Source: Octopus sinensis (Eukaryota). Taken from it: 64,000 nucleotides of DNA. The stretch lies in the NCBI RefSeq assembly GCF_006345805.1, contig NC_043000.1:32612001-32676000 (forward strand). The letters are read 5' to 3'. Shown piece after piece: positions 63,318 through 64,000 of this stretch (positions are counted from its first letter, which is position 1; each line of letters opens with the position of its first letter). The position numbers and the translations under genes are program-made. The notes under the pieces are model-generated. The model was not told where the DNA came from. It ran no database searches and saw nothing but the letters and a program-made list of their open reading frames with translations.

Positions 63318-63595
63318 TCGATGGGTACTACTTGAAAACAGTGGTCCCGGTGCGCGCACTCGCGTAGTCGCACATCCGCACTAGCTAGTCGTGACTAGTC
63401 GATCCTACAACGACTACCCAGCAAAGTAAATAAAACACAAAATAAATAATTTTTTTTACACAAAGTAAATAATTTTTGTTAGACAAAGTAAATAACACAC
63501 AAAAACACGAAGTAAGGATCGACTAGTCGTGACTAGCTAGCGCAGATGCGCAAGTGCGCGCACCGGGACCACTGTTCGCTAGTAGTACCCATCGA
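63318..63595. mobile_element. MITE-like foldback element with about 85-bp CpG-rich TIRs
   Basis: Arms tcgatgggtactact...aacagtggtcccggtgcgcgcact...ctagctagtc.tgactagtcgatcct are inverted at both ends; the AT-rich centre has 3 copies of caaagtaaataa. Confidence 0.85.
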
Positions 63596-63839
63596 TGTAG
63601 ATAAACAGACATTTAATAAAGCGAAGCCAACAAAATGCTAGTTTTTTTTTAACTGAATAATTTTATTAGTGAGTGCGTAACCCATTGAATACCTGTGATC
63701 AGTTCCCTTGGTGTACTCTGGAGTTGTGTTAGTCCCGAAAAGCCATATCTCCCTCACCTGTGTTGTTCAAAGTTGTGTTTTTGTGTCACCTTCTCCTGAG
63801 ATGAGTTTTAATGCATGATGTAAACGATTGATGGTGTTT

Positions 63840-64000
63840 AAGGCGGCGAGCTGGCAGAAACATTAGCACGTCGGGCGAAATGCCTGGCGGTATTTCGTCT
63901 GCCGTTACGTTCCGAGTTCAAATTCTGCCGAGGTCGACTTTGCCTTTCATCCTTTTGGGGTCGATAAATTAAGTACTAGTTACGCACTGGGGTCGATCTA
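63840..64000 (+). mobile_element. SINE family 1, runs off the window end
   Basis: aggcggcgagctggcagaaacattagcacg...gcctttcatccttttggggtcgataaattaagtac. Confidence 0.9.

Noticed and set aside
59882-64000. Further CRLF3 exons
   Set aside because: Candidate acceptors (about 62260, 62654 and 62827) give early stops in phase 0 and no FN3-like sequence.

Overview
AT-rich, microsatellite- and repeat-dense animal genomic DNA. The SINE and LINE families match those I recall from octopus genomes; the taxon is an inference. One protein-coding gene is confidently identified: four + strand coding exons (53732-53839, 56584-56791, 57848-57932, 59704-59881). They splice in frame to about 193 aa that align by eye to the N-terminal coiled-coil region and the start of the FN3 domain of CRLF3; the remaining exons lie beyond the window. 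There are also weaker candidates for a minus-strand first coding exon (9311-9373), 5' UTR exons and promoter-like islands. The rest is mostly mobile DNA. DNA elements: a decayed mariner, non-autonomous Helitrons and two TIR elements. LINEs: a young 5'-truncated RTE with a PHD-like finger inside ORF2, many RTE 3' fragments, and relics of CR1-, L1/Tx1-, R4- and CRE-type elements. Other retroelements: Penelope-like fragments with hammerhead-like motifs and three tRNA-derived SINE families. Notable structure includes variant minimal hammerhead motifs, multimeric SINEs with a fixed palindromic junction, short locally copied inserts, perfect hairpins and a 608-bp tandem duplication. No CRISPR array, rRNA gene or true tRNA gene was found. 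All alignments were made by eye; no searches were run.
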